In this document: one piece after another, positions 17,508 to 25,972 of the stretch | Numbering within the stretch: position 1 is the first letter of the stretch | Layout: each line of letters starts with the position of its first letter | DNA from: Myxococcales bacterium | GTDB lineage: Bacteria > Myxococcota > Myxococcia > Myxococcales > Myxococcaceae | Direction of reading: 5' to 3' | Assembly (NCBI GenBank): GCA_030696265.1 | Contig: JAUYSO010000017.1 | Coordinates: forward strand, 136,368-168,807 | DNA: 32,440 bases | Made by a program: the position numbers and the translations under genes | The notes under the pieces: model-generated | Databases searched by the model: none | The model's input: only the letters and a program-made list of their open reading frames with translations | What the model was told of the DNA's origin: nothing

Positions 17508-18101
17508 TCAGTCGCCGCGCCTGGTGAGCGTCTCGACCATGAGCCCACAGGCGGCGAGCGCGAGCTGATAGCGGCGCAGGAGGTGCGGGTCGTCCCGCAA
17601 CGCCGCAGCGAGGTCGTGCCGATGGGCGACGGACTTGAGGACGCTGGCCGCGGCCTCTGCCATCTCGACGTAGCCGAGCGGAAACGGCGCCCAGTCGGGG
17701 CGGCGCTCCTCGGCGCGAGGCGGCGGTTGCGCGCGCGCAGGCTCAGCCCGTGGAGCCTTCTCACCGAACACCATCGTCGACGACGGCGCCGAGCGCTGCG
17801 ACGTGGTGGTGAGGAAGTCGACGGACTGGATCTCCGACGTGCAGGCGGTGCCCACCGAGAGCCGCTTCCCAATCCAATCCAACGCTGATTGCGCGTAGAG
17901 GCTCTGGCCATCGAGCTGCGGAGCGGAGTCTTCGTAGCGCTCACCAGCGGGCTCGGTGCGCGTCAAGACGGTGCAGCGGCGGTCGGCCCCTTCGGTCTGC
18001 ACTTCGAGCTCGTAGGTGCTGTTGGCCGTGCGAATTCGGTACACCCGCCACTTTTCGGATCGCCTCGTCGTGGCTCCGAACACCATCGTCGCTCCTGCCA
18101 T
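17508..18101 (-). CDS. Hypothetical protein.
   Basis: This is the internal Met (MAGATMVFGATTRRSEKWRVYRIRT…) of the ORF-track entry 17508..18224. The upstream 41 codons are Arg/Gly-rich junk. The composition and codon usage are plausible and there are no recognisable motifs. It converges on the DMT gene and diverges from the rSAM operon. Confidence 0.45.
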   Translation of the reverse strand: MAGATMVFGATTRRSEKWRVYRIRTANSTYELEVQTEGADRRCTVLTRTEPAGERYEDSAPQLDGQSLYAQSALDWIGKRLSVGTACTSEIQSVDFLTTTSQRSAPSSTMVFGEKAPRAEPARAQPPPRAEERRPDWAPFPLGYVEMAEAAASVLKSVAHRHDLAAALRDDPHLLRRYQLALAACGLMVETLTRRGD

Positions 18102-18306
18102 TGGCCGTCTCCCGGGGTGTTGGCCAGCTCGAGCGCTGGCGGGACGAGCCAGTGCAACTCTGACGCCTGTGCCATGTCGCCCGCGCCCGAGCAGCACGTC
18201 GAGGCGACCGAGCTGGCTTCCCAAGCAGGCGGATCATCTGCATCGAGACGGTGGCAGCAGAATTGCTCTCGAGCTTCGCCACACCGGCCGGAGGGAGCCA
18301 CCCATC

Positions 18307-18672
18307 ATGTCGTCTCTGTCGAAGTGCCCAGCGTGTTCAGGCGTCGTCCCCGTTTCACTCTCCGAATGTCCCCACTGCGAGGGACCGCTCACGCCGAGGT
18401 CGTCGCTCGGCAGGCTGGCGATGGGCCTGCTCGGAGGACTCGGGGCCTCGATGACGCTGATGGCCTGCTACGGGGCGCCTGCGACGGGCTGCCGGTCCGT
18501 CAGTGAGACGCTCCCCGACGGAGGCGTGACCAGCACCTTCCGCTGCCCGGGTGACCTCGTGAACCAGCCCGACGGTGGCACGACGGTCTTCACCGACGAC
18601 AGCGGCGCGCCCTCCGACGCCGGCGCTTCGGACGGCGGCTCACGAGACGGCGGCGCTGACGGCGGGCCCTGA
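18307..18672 (+). CDS. Small Cys-rich protein of 121 aa: double CPxC zinc-ribbon, a hydrophobic helix, and an acidic Gly/Ser/Asp-rich tail with further Cys. Candidate substrate of the downstream rSAM.
   Basis: The ATG is preceded by GGAGGGAG about 9 nt upstream. The translation is MSSLSKCPACSGVVPVSLSECPHCEGPL…LAMGLLGGLGASMTLMACYGAPATGCRSVSETLPDGGVTSTFRCPGDLVNQPDGGTTVFTDDSGAPSDAGASDGGSRDGGADGGP. The ORF-track entry 18016..18672 includes an Arg/Pro-rich junk extension at the 5' end. Confidence 0.6.
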   Translation: MSSLSKCPACSGVVPVSLSECPHCEGPLTPRSSLGRLAMGLLGGLGASMTLMACYGAPATGCRSVSETLPDGGVTSTFRCPGDLVNQPDGGTTVFTDDSGAPSDAGASDGGSRDGGADGGP

Positions 18673-18682
18673 GGCACCGCCC

Positions 18683-19909
18683 ATGACGCGTCGACAAGAC
18701 CTCTCGCAGGCACACCACCCGGCCTACGTCGTGTGGGAGCTCACGCTGGCGTGCGACCAACCGTGCACGCATTGCGGCTCACGCGCCGGCGAGGTGCGTG
18801 AAGGCGAGCTGTCGACGCAGAAGGCCCTGTCGGTCGTGCAGGAGCTCGCTGCCATGGGCACGCGTGAAGTCGTGCTCATCGGTGGCGAGGCGTACCTGCA
18901 CCCGGGGTTCCTGGAGATCATCGCGGGGCTGAAGGCCGCCGGCATTCGGCCGGTGCTCACGACGGGAGGGCGCGGCATCGATCGCGCCCTCGCGTTCAAG
19001 ATGGCGGGCGCGGGGCTGTACCAGGCCTCCGTCTCCATCGATGGCCTCGAGCCGACGCACGACCTGATGCGCGCCGCCCGAGGAAGCTTTCAATCGGCCA
19101 CCGCCGCGATGGGCTTCATGCGCGAGGCCGGCATCGTGGTGTCGGCGAACACCAACGTGAACCGCCTCAACCTGGGCGATCTCGAAGACCTCTTCGAGCA
19201 CCTGCGAGCACAGGGCATTCACGCGTGGCAGGTGCAGATCACCGCGCCGCTCGGCCGCGCTGCCGACCGGCCCGCGATGCTCCTCCAGCCGTGGGACTTG
19301 TTGAACGTCGTGCCGCGCGTCATCGCGCTCAAGAAGAAGGCCTGGGCCGAGTCGCGCATCGCCGTGATGGCCGGGAACAACCTGGGGTACTTCCACCCCG
19401 AGGAGCCGGTGCTCCGTTCGTTGCCCGAGCACCCCGAAGACGCGTGGCGTGGCTGCAACGCGGGCAAGTTCGTGATGGGCATCGAAGCGAACGGCGCGGT
19501 GAAGGGCTGCCCCTCGCTGCAGCCGTCGTACATCGGCGGCTCGCTGAAGGACTCGACGTTGAAGCAGGTCTGGGACGAGGCGCCACAGCTGGCGTTCGCG
19601 CGCGCGCGCACCGTCGACGACCTCTGGGGCTTCTGCCGCACGTGCCCGTTCGCGCAGGAGTGTCTGGGCGGCTGCACCTTCACCGCGCACTCGGTGCTGG
19701 GTCGCCCGGGGAACAACCCGTACTGCTACTTCCGCGCGCGTGCGCAGCAGAAGAAGGGCGTTCGCGAGCGGCTGGTGTTGCGGGAAGCAGCGCCGGGACA
19801 GCCGTTCGACAACGGCCGCTTCGAGGTCGTCGAAGAGCCGTTCGACGCCGTCGATGTGAAGCCGCCGACCCCGCGCGAGCTCGTGAAGAAGCGCGCGCCA
19901 ACCGTCTGA
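18683..19909 (+). CDS. Radical SAM enzyme with a C-terminal SPASM domain; PqqE/MftC/anSME-like peptide- or protein-modifying maturase.
   Basis: The ATG is 10 nt after the stop of the small Cys-rich gene. The N-terminus reads YVVWELTLACDQPCTHCGS, giving CX3CX2C in the same context as PqqE-type enzymes. A GGE-like VLIGGEAYL SAM-binding segment is present. The C-terminus has CNAGKFVMGIEANGAVKGC…CRTCPFAQECLGGC, i.e. C-x11-G-x5-C followed by CX2CX5CX3C, the auxiliary-cluster signature of a SPASM domain. Confidence 0.9.
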   Translation: MTRRQDLSQAHHPAYVVWELTLACDQPCTHCGSRAGEVREGELSTQKALSVVQELAAMGTREVVLIGGEAYLHPGFLEIIAGLKAAGIRPVLTTGGRGIDRALAFKMAGAGLYQASVSIDGLEPTHDLMRAARGSFQSATAAMGFMREAGIVVSANTNVNRLNLGDLEDLFEHLRAQGIHAWQVQITAPLGRAADRPAMLLQPWDLLNVVPRVIALKKKAWAESRIAVMAGNNLGYFHPEEPVLRSLPEHPEDAWRGCNAGKFVMGIEANGAVKGCPSLQPSYIGGSLKDSTLKQVWDEAPQLAFARARTVDDLWGFCRTCPFAQECLGGCTFTAHSVLGRPGNNPYCYFRARAQQKKGVRERLVLREAAPGQPFDNGRFEVVEEPFDAVDVKPPTPRELVKKRAPTV

Positions 19910-19927
19910 CCTGTTCCAGGAGTCACC

Positions 19928-21268
19928 ATGTTCCGTCTTCACCCGCGCTGGCTGCTCGGACTGCTGTTGCTCGCCGCCTGTGCGCCGCCCGCCCCCGACC
20001 CCGTCGTCACGCTCAACGGCGTCGCGAGTGGCGCTCCAGTGAAGCTCGGCGAAGTCTCGGCCTGGGACATGGAAGACGGCCTCAGGGCGCAGCTGAGTCT
20101 GGTCTCGTCGAGGAGCACGGTGACCTGCACTCGCGATGGCGCCGCCGACCCGTGTCTGCGCACCACGACAGGAGAAGACCGGGTCGACCTGTCCTGGCCC
20201 CGCACGAAGCTGGGCAGCGAAGAGACCACGGTCGTCGTGTTGGTCGACGGCGTCGAAGCCGGGCGCTGGGTCGTCTCACGCTCCATCGTCGACCTCGGCC
20301 TCACGGTGTGCGCGGCGAACACGAGCGCTGAAGATGATGGGCTCCCGCTGGACCGCTGCAAGGCGCTGAACCCGTTCGGTGACCTCGAGCTGCCAATCGA
20401 CCGAACCGACGCGGTGCTGATCAAGCGTGCGCGCTTCAGCGTTCGCAGTGGGGAGACGACGGTGAAACGAATCAGCGTCGTCTCTCACGGCGACGACGAG
20501 AAGGGCGGGCTCGGCGGCCTCCTGCCCTTCTTGAAGCTCATGCCGGTGACGGCAGAGACGTCGGCGCTGCTCGAGCTCGACACGCGGGCCAACGTGACGG
20601 TGGGAACCCGAGCCCTGAGCTGGCCGGCTGCCTCCGCGACGGGCCGTACGGTTCGCGACCTCGACCCCACCCGGGCTCCGGTGCGGGTGCGCATCGGGTC
20701 GCCGGTGGAGATCTCGCGGAGCATTCAAGCCATCGCGGAGCCCGCGACGCTGATCGGCTTCCGCGACGAGGCCGGCATCCTCACGCTGACGTCGTCGTTG
20801 CCCGCGCAGCTGGAGCCCTCGGCGCCCACCGGCCTCACGGTCGTCATGAGCCCGAAGGCCGTCGGAGCCCGCTCCGTCTGGCCGCGGCTCACCGTTCGTG
20901 GCTCGACGGGCGAGTGGACCGACCGCATCCCCTTCGCCATCGAGGGGCTCGCCGCGACCGATTGCAGGCTCAAGGCCTCTGACGTCAACGTTGGCTCGGC
21001 AGTCGTGGGCGAGACGCGCATCGCCCGGCTTCAGGTGCGCAACACCGGAACCGGAGCGTGCACGAAGCTGCGCGTGCGGCCGTTGCCTGCCGGGCTCGGG
21101 CTCGAGTCGAGACCGATTCCCGCGCCCGGCGCGATGGCCGAGTGGACTCTGTCGTTCACTCCGCGGACTGTGGGTCCGCAGGTCGTGTTGCTCGAAGCCG
21201 ACTTCGATGACAGCCAGCCGTCGTTCGCCGATCTCACCGTTCGCGTGGAAGCGACCGTCACCCGGTGA
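19928..21268 (+). CDS. Lipoprotein of unknown function with a beta-sandwich-like C-terminus; third gene of the rSAM operon.
   Basis: An AGGAG RBS lies 5 nt upstream of the ATG, and the gene starts 18 nt after the rSAM stop. The N-terminus MFRLHPRWLLGLLLLAAC carries a lipobox (LAA|C). The C-terminal region (…TDCRLKASDVNVGSAVVGETRIARLQVRNTGTGACTKLRV…) looks like an ASH/choice-of-anchor-type beta-sandwich. Confidence 0.75.
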   Translation: MFRLHPRWLLGLLLLAACAPPAPDPVVTLNGVASGAPVKLGEVSAWDMEDGLRAQLSLVSSRSTVTCTRDGAADPCLRTTTGEDRVDLSWPRTKLGSEETTVVVLVDGVEAGRWVVSRSIVDLGLTVCAANTSAEDDGLPLDRCKALNPFGDLELPIDRTDAVLIKRARFSVRSGETTVKRISVVSHGDDEKGGLGGLLPFLKLMPVTAETSALLELDTRANVTVGTRALSWPAASATGRTVRDLDPTRAPVRVRIGSPVEISRSIQAIAEPATLIGFRDEAGILTLTSSLPAQLEPSAPTGLTVVMSPKAVGARSVWPRLTVRGSTGEWTDRIPFAIEGLAATDCRLKASDVNVGSAVVGETRIARLQVRNTGTGACTKLRVRPLPAGLGLESRPIPAPGAMAEWTLSFTPRTVGPQVVLLEADFDDSQPSFADLTVRVEATVTR

Positions 21269-21280
21269 GACGCTCACGCA

Positions 21281-22384
21281 TCAGTCACGCATGAAGTGGC
21301 ACGTGTACCCGCCCGGGTTCTTCTGCAGGTAGTCCTGGTGGTAGTCCTCGCCCTTCCACCACTTCTTGAACGGCTCGATGGTGGTGGCGATGGGCTTCTT
21401 CCAGGTGCCAGCCCTGTTCAGCTTCGCGATGACCTCATCGGCCACCTTCTTCTGCGCGTCGTCCATCACGAAGAGCGCCGAGCGGTACTGCGTGCCGACG
21501 TCGTTGCCCTGACGATTGGGCGTCGTCGGGTCGTGCATCTTGAAGAACCACTTCTCGAGCAGGGTCGCGTACGAGAGCACGGCAGGGTCGAACACCACCT
21601 TCACCGACTCCGCGTGGCCCGACTTGCTGTCGTGGGTGTCGTCGTACTTCGGGTTGTCGAGGTGGCCCCCGGTGTAGCCAACCTCGGTCTCGACGACGCC
21701 CGGAATCTTGCGGAGCAGGTCCTCCATGCCCCAGAAGCAGCCACCAGCGAGGTACGCGGTCTCGGTCTTCACGGCGGCCTTCTCCTTCGACGAGGTGGAT
21801 GACGCAGGTTGGAACAGCTGCAGGTACTCCCCGTACCCCTCGGCCTCGAGCTTCGCGACGGGGATGAAGCGCAGCGACGCCGAGTTGATGCAGTACCGCA
21901 AGCCGCCCTTGTCCGACGGGCCGTCATCGAAGACGTGGCCCAGGTGGGCGTCGCCGCCCTTCGAGCGCACCTCGACGCGAACCATGCCGAAGGCCACGTC
22001 CTTGTGCTCGACGACGACCTGCTTCTGAATCGGCTTCGTGAAGCTCGGCCAGCCAGAGCCCGAGTCGAACTTGTCGAGGGAGCTGAAGAGCGGCTCGCCG
22101 GTGGTGATGTCGACGTAGATGCCGGCCTCGTGGTTGTTCCAGTACGCGTTGCGGAACGGCGGCTCGGTGTCGGCTTCACACGTCACCTTGAACTGCTCTG
22201 CGGTGAGCTTCTTCTTCAGCTCGTCCTTCGAGGGCTTGAGGTAGTTCTTCACGGGGAGCTCCGGATCGGTGGTGGTGGAGGCGTTGGCGCCGGGCGCTCC
22301 CGTCCTGCCCCTCGACGACTGCGCCCAGGCGACGGCGGCGACGGCGAGGGCGATTCCAACCATCAGGAAGACGAGGCGGCTCAT
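21281..22384 (-). CDS. msrBA: Secreted bifunctional methionine sulfoxide reductase, MsrB domain followed by MsrA domain.
   Basis: The signal peptide is [21 protein letters not shown]. The MsrB part is marked by CEADTEPPF…GWPSF…RYCINSASL. The MsrA part is marked by [14 protein letters not shown]…GYTGG. The ORF-track start 22465 and the Met at 22399 are upstream alternatives that I consider less likely. Confidence 0.88.
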   Translation of the reverse strand: MSRLVFLMVGIALAVAAVAWAQSSRGRTGAPGANASTTTDPELPVKNYLKPSKDELKKKLTAEQFKVTCEADTEPPFRNAYWNNHEAGIYVDITTGEPLFSSLDKFDSGSGWPSFTKPIQKQVVVEHKDVAFGMVRVEVRSKGGDAHLGHVFDDGPSDKGGLRYCINSASLRFIPVAKLEAEGYGEYLQLFQPASSTSSKEKAAVKTETAYLAGGCFWGMEDLLRKIPGVVETEVGYTGGHLDNPKYDDTHDSKSGHAESVKVVFDPAVLSYATLLEKWFFKMHDPTTPNRQGNDVGTQYRSALFVMDDAQKKVADEVIAKLNRAGTWKKPIATTIEPFKKWWKGEDYHQDYLQKNPGGYTCHFMRD

Positions 22385-22491
22385 TGTGTCGGGCTCCATG
22401 GGTTCGTTCGCGACACGGGGCTTACGCCGCGCGGCAGGCGCTGGTTTCGCCCGAATGGGCGACATGGCCAGAACCTGTTGAAATCACTGCG

Positions 22492-23490
22492 TCAGCTACG
22501 CTCGAACAGCGCGCCAGCCCAGGTGAGGCCAGAGCCGACGACGCACAGGGCGATGGCCTTGCCGAGCGCGTCGGTGCCCCAGTGCTCCGAGAAGACCGAC
22601 GGGGCGCCAGAGGCGCCGACGTTGCCGCGAGTGTCGACGTTGAAGCGGTGCCGCGACTCGGGCACCTCGCAGCGACGGGCGACGGCCTCGAGCATGCGCA
22701 GGTTGGCCTGGTGGCCGATGAAGGTGAGGTCGTCGACGCTGCGGCCCGGAGCGCCCTCGAGCCACTCGCGGCGCAGCACCTCGTAGACTTCACCGGTGCG
22801 CTTGATGGCGAACTTCTGCACCTCGGCGCCCTGCTGCGTAAAGTGACCGAAGCGCGGCACCTTCACCTTGTCGGCGCCAGCAGGCTCGCCCTTCAGGTAC
22901 GTCGACGTCACCTTCCACGGGCCAGGAACACGCGGCGAGACGATGGCGGCGGTGGAGCAGTCGCCCCACAACACACAGCTCGAGCGGTCCGAGTAGTCGA
23001 CGACGCGGGTCGAGTTCTCGGGGTTCACCAGCATGATGAAGTCGGGGAGCTTCTCGGGCCGCATCGCCTCGACGAAGTAGAGCTGGCTGCAGAAGCTCGA
23101 GCAGGCGCTGGAGAGATCGAGCGACGGCGCGTCGATGCCGAGCGCGGCAGCCACGCGGTTGGCCTCGGCAGGAATGCACTCGTCAGGGCTGCAGCTGCCC
23201 GAGAGCACCATGCCGATGTCCTTCACGGTCAGCTTCGCGCGCTCGAGGGCCATCAGGCCGGCCTTCGCGCCCGTCTGGGCGTTCGACATCGTCGCCGCCT
23301 CGATGGCGCGGCGCGGGTCACGGTTCTTCGTCTCGCGGATGTAGTCGAGCGGCAGCACGGTGTGGCGAGAGCGAATGCCCACGCGCTCCATGATCCACGT
23401 CTCGTTCGTCTCGATGCCAAGGCTCTCGAGGAACGCGTTGGTGAGCAGGTTCTCGGGGTGAAAGTGACCGATGGCGTGCAGGTACAACAC
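22492..23490 (-). CDS. FabH-like beta-ketoacyl-ACP synthase III with an atypical ACSSF active-site context.
   Basis: The start is GTG 23490, with GAGGGGAGG 7 nt upstream. The N-terminus VLYLHAIGHFHPENLLTNAFLE…WIMERVGIRSRH matches the FabH N-terminus. The catalytic Cys lies in SSACSSFCSQL. The His and Asn lie in HQANLRMLEAV…GNVGASGAPSVF. The ORF-track start 23556 adds 22 Arg-rich codons. Confidence 0.85.
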   Translation of the reverse strand: MLYLHAIGHFHPENLLTNAFLESLGIETNETWIMERVGIRSRHTVLPLDYIRETKNRDPRRAIEAATMSNAQTGAKAGLMALERAKLTVKDIGMVLSGSCSPDECIPAEANRVAAALGIDAPSLDLSSACSSFCSQLYFVEAMRPEKLPDFIMLVNPENSTRVVDYSDRSSCVLWGDCSTAAIVSPRVPGPWKVTSTYLKGEPAGADKVKVPRFGHFTQQGAEVQKFAIKRTGEVYEVLRREWLEGAPGRSVDDLTFIGHQANLRMLEAVARRCEVPESRHRFNVDTRGNVGASGAPSVFSEHWGTDALGKAIALCVVGSGLTWAGALFERS

Positions 23491-23740
23491 GGCTGACCTC
23501 CCCTCGCGTGCGCGGTGCTCGCGAAGGCGCCTCCTAGCCTGCGGTCGAATTGGCACGCATCAAGGGAAGTGAAACATTCTGTCGTCTTTCGACGCTCCGT
23601 GACGCAACGCAGACAAACGGCGGGCCCCGCACGCGCTCTGGCGAACGTCAATGGTCGTTCGAGGACTCGGGTTCCAGGGTCCACCGAGGGCGGGTGAAGG
23701 TCAGTGGTGGCCTGCGTGCCGCAGGGTAGCGTGCGCCGCC

Positions 23741-25138
23741 ATGCGTCTGCTGCTCCTCCTCGTGCCGGCCGTGCTGCTCGGCTGCCCTGCGTCTCACCGC
23801 TATCCACAGCTGATTCGGCGTGAAGCCTCACCCGCGCCCGTCACCATCTTCCGCGACGTGCGGGTCTTCACCGCCACCGACACCAGCTCGCTCGAGCACC
23901 AGGACGTGCGCGTGGAGAACGGCCGCATCGTCGGCATCGCGCCGACCGGCACCGACCTCACCGGAGCCCGCGTCATCGAAGGCGCTGGCAAGACGCTGAT
24001 GCCCGGCTACGTCGACTTCCACGTGCACCTCACTGGCAGCCCTGCGCCACCGTGGGCGGTCGCGTGGCCCGATGAAGACCACAACGGCCGCGCGCTGCTC
24101 GCCTCGGGCATCACCAGCGCGATGGACGTCGGCGGCGAGCTCGAGAAGCTCAAGGCGTTGTGGAAGCGGCAGGCCGACCCGTCATGGCTGGGGCCCCGCT
24201 TCTGGTACTCGGGGCAGATCGTCTCGTTGAAGGGCGGCTACCCGACGTCGATGGTGAAGATTCTGTTTCCCTGGCCGGCCAGCACGCTCGCCGACCAGCG
24301 CTTCTCGGGACCGGTGACGAACCCGCTCGAGGCCGTCGCGGCGGTCGACTGGCGCCTGCACAACGGCGCGCACCACATCAAGCTGGCCATCGCGAGCGTG
24401 CCGCTCAACGCGCAGACGATGCCGCCCGAGCTCGTGTCCGCGACGGTGAAGCGGGCTCATGAGAAGGGCGTGAAGGCGGTGGCCCATATCGACACGGCGG
24501 TGCACGCCCTGAGAGCGGCGCGCGCAGGCATCGACGCGCTGATGCACGGCATTCATCTGGGTGAGCTGACCGTGGCCGAGGCGCAGGAGCTCAAAGCAGC
24601 AGGCGTGGTCGTCGCTCCGACGCTGGTGGTGTTCGAGCGCGCAGAGGCGCTGGTGCAGTTCCGCTTCGCGCCCACCGAGGTGGAGAAGCGCCTGTACCCG
24701 GAGTCGTTCCTCACGCCGTTCTCACCCGACGTCGCCCGAACCAGGACGCTCGACCCGCAGCTGATGGAGTGGCTCGGCCAGCTGCAGGCCGACCGCCCGA
24801 AGCGCCTCGCCGCGGCGAAGACGCTCTTCGACGCAGGCGTCCCGATTCTGGTGGGCAGTGATGGCGCGGGCTCCATCGGGTGTCTGGCGGGCGGCGCGTT
24901 CCTCGACGAGCTGCGGCTCTTGTCGGAAGCGGGCATCCCGAACGCTGACGTGCTGCGTGGCGCGACAGTGCTCCCTGCGCGTTTCATCGCCGGCGCCAAC
25001 GCCGACTTCGGCACCATCGAGCCCACCAAGCGCGCCGACCTCGTGCTGCTCGACGGCGATCCGCTCACCGACATCACCGCCACCTCGCGCATCGTCACCG
25101 TGATGCAGGGCGGCGTCGTCATCGAGAAAGTGGAGTGA
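23741..25138 (+). CDS. Amidohydrolase-superfamily metallo-hydrolase; lipoprotein.
   Basis: The N-terminus MRLLLLLVPAVLLGC carries a lipobox. The HxH metal motif is GYVDFHVHL. Downstream are HHIKLA (Lys), VAHID and HGIH, and the conserved Asp in VGSDGAG. The ORF-track start 23651 is upstream junk. Confidence 0.85.
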   Translation: MRLLLLLVPAVLLGCPASHRYPQLIRREASPAPVTIFRDVRVFTATDTSSLEHQDVRVENGRIVGIAPTGTDLTGARVIEGAGKTLMPGYVDFHVHLTGSPAPPWAVAWPDEDHNGRALLASGITSAMDVGGELEKLKALWKRQADPSWLGPRFWYSGQIVSLKGGYPTSMVKILFPWPASTLADQRFSGPVTNPLEAVAAVDWRLHNGAHHIKLAIASVPLNAQTMPPELVSATVKRAHEKGVKAVAHIDTAVHALRAARAGIDALMHGIHLGELTVAEAQELKAAGVVVAPTLVVFERAEALVQFRFAPTEVEKRLYPESFLTPFSPDVARTRTLDPQLMEWLGQLQADRPKRLAAAKTLFDAGVPILVGSDGAGSIGCLAGGAFLDELRLLSEAGIPNADVLRGATVLPARFIAGANADFGTIEPTKRADLVLLDGDPLTDITATSRIVTVMQGGVVIEKVE

Positions 25139-25926
25139 CGTCGGCGAGGCTCGCGCGCTGGGCGGCGCTGGACGTCGCCGTGATGATCGCCTGCTGGGGC
25201 GTCAGCGCTGTCGGGCCCTGGTGGACGTTCCTGCTCGTCGCGCCCGTCATCGGGGGCCGCCTTCACGCGCTCGGCGTGTTGCTGCACGACGCCTGTCACG
25301 GCGCTGGGAAGGCCGTCTGGCTCGAAGCGCTCGGCGGCTGGCCCCTCGGCACCACGCTCGACGCGATGCGCGCGCATCACCTGCGACACCACGCGCGCAC
25401 CAACCTGCCGAACGATCCATACCTCGTACCGCGGAAGGCGCTTGGAGACGCGCGGCTCTTCCTGCTGCTGCTCGTCATCTTCCCGTTCTGGGTGTTCCGT
25501 TCACTTCTGGGCACCGCGTCGCTCGTCGCGCCTCGCCTGACGCCGCTGTACGCCCAGCTCCTGGTGTCTGGAGAAGACGACGACGCGGGCCGGCGAGACG
25601 TCGAGCGCGCCCGCCGCACCGAGTGGCCCGTGGTGGTGACGTGGGCGCTCCTGCTGATGGCGACGGCGCTGGAGCCCGCCTTCTTCGCCCAGCACTGGTG
25701 GCTCCCGCTCGGCTGGACGGCGCTGTTCAACGCCTGCCGGTTCCTCGCCGAGCACTCCACCGCGCCTGCGGAGCGGGGCCTCGAGTCGACGACCCGCGAA
25801 CATCGGAGTCGCTGGCTCGCGCCCTTCGTCTTCCCGCATCACGTCGGCTACCACCGCACGCACCACGCGTTCCCCACCGCCTCCTGGGAAGCGCTGCCGA
25901 GGCTGGCGACGACGCCACCTCCCTGA
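25135..25926 (+). CDS. Fatty-acid-desaturase-family integral-membrane di-iron enzyme (desaturase, hydroxylase or ketolase type).
   Basis: The GTG start overlaps the amidohydrolase TGA in a GTGA junction. Three His boxes are present: HDACH, HHLRHH and HRTHH. There are four or more hydrophobic helices. Confidence 0.8.
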   Translation: MTSARLARWAALDVAVMIACWGVSAVGPWWTFLLVAPVIGGRLHALGVLLHDACHGAGKAVWLEALGGWPLGTTLDAMRAHHLRHHARTNLPNDPYLVPRKALGDARLFLLLLVIFPFWVFRSLLGTASLVAPRLTPLYAQLLVSGEDDDAGRRDVERARRTEWPVVVTWALLLMATALEPAFFAQHWWLPLGWTALFNACRFLAEHSTAPAERGLESTTREHRSRWLAPFVFPHHVGYHRTHHAFPTASWEALPRLATTPPP

Positions 25927-25972
25927 TCGTTTCGCCAACAAACCGGGACGACGGAGGACGTGGGCAGTACGG

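Noticed and set aside
16466-17944. 492-aa minus-strand ORF
   Set aside because: Arg/Pro-rich shadow of the DMT transporter gene.
18779-19942. 387-aa minus-strand ORF
   Set aside because: Shadow of the radical SAM gene, which has unambiguous CX3CX2C and SPASM motifs on the + strand.
22384-23496. 370-aa + strand ORF
   Set aside because: Shadow of the FabH-like gene.
22385-23740. tRNA or small RNA in the larger intergenic regions (22385-22491, 23491-23740, 30056-30170)
   Set aside because: No cloverleaf-compatible segments and no GTTCGA T-loop or anticodon-stem features were seen by eye. A proper tRNAscan or Infernal run would be needed to exclude sRNAs.
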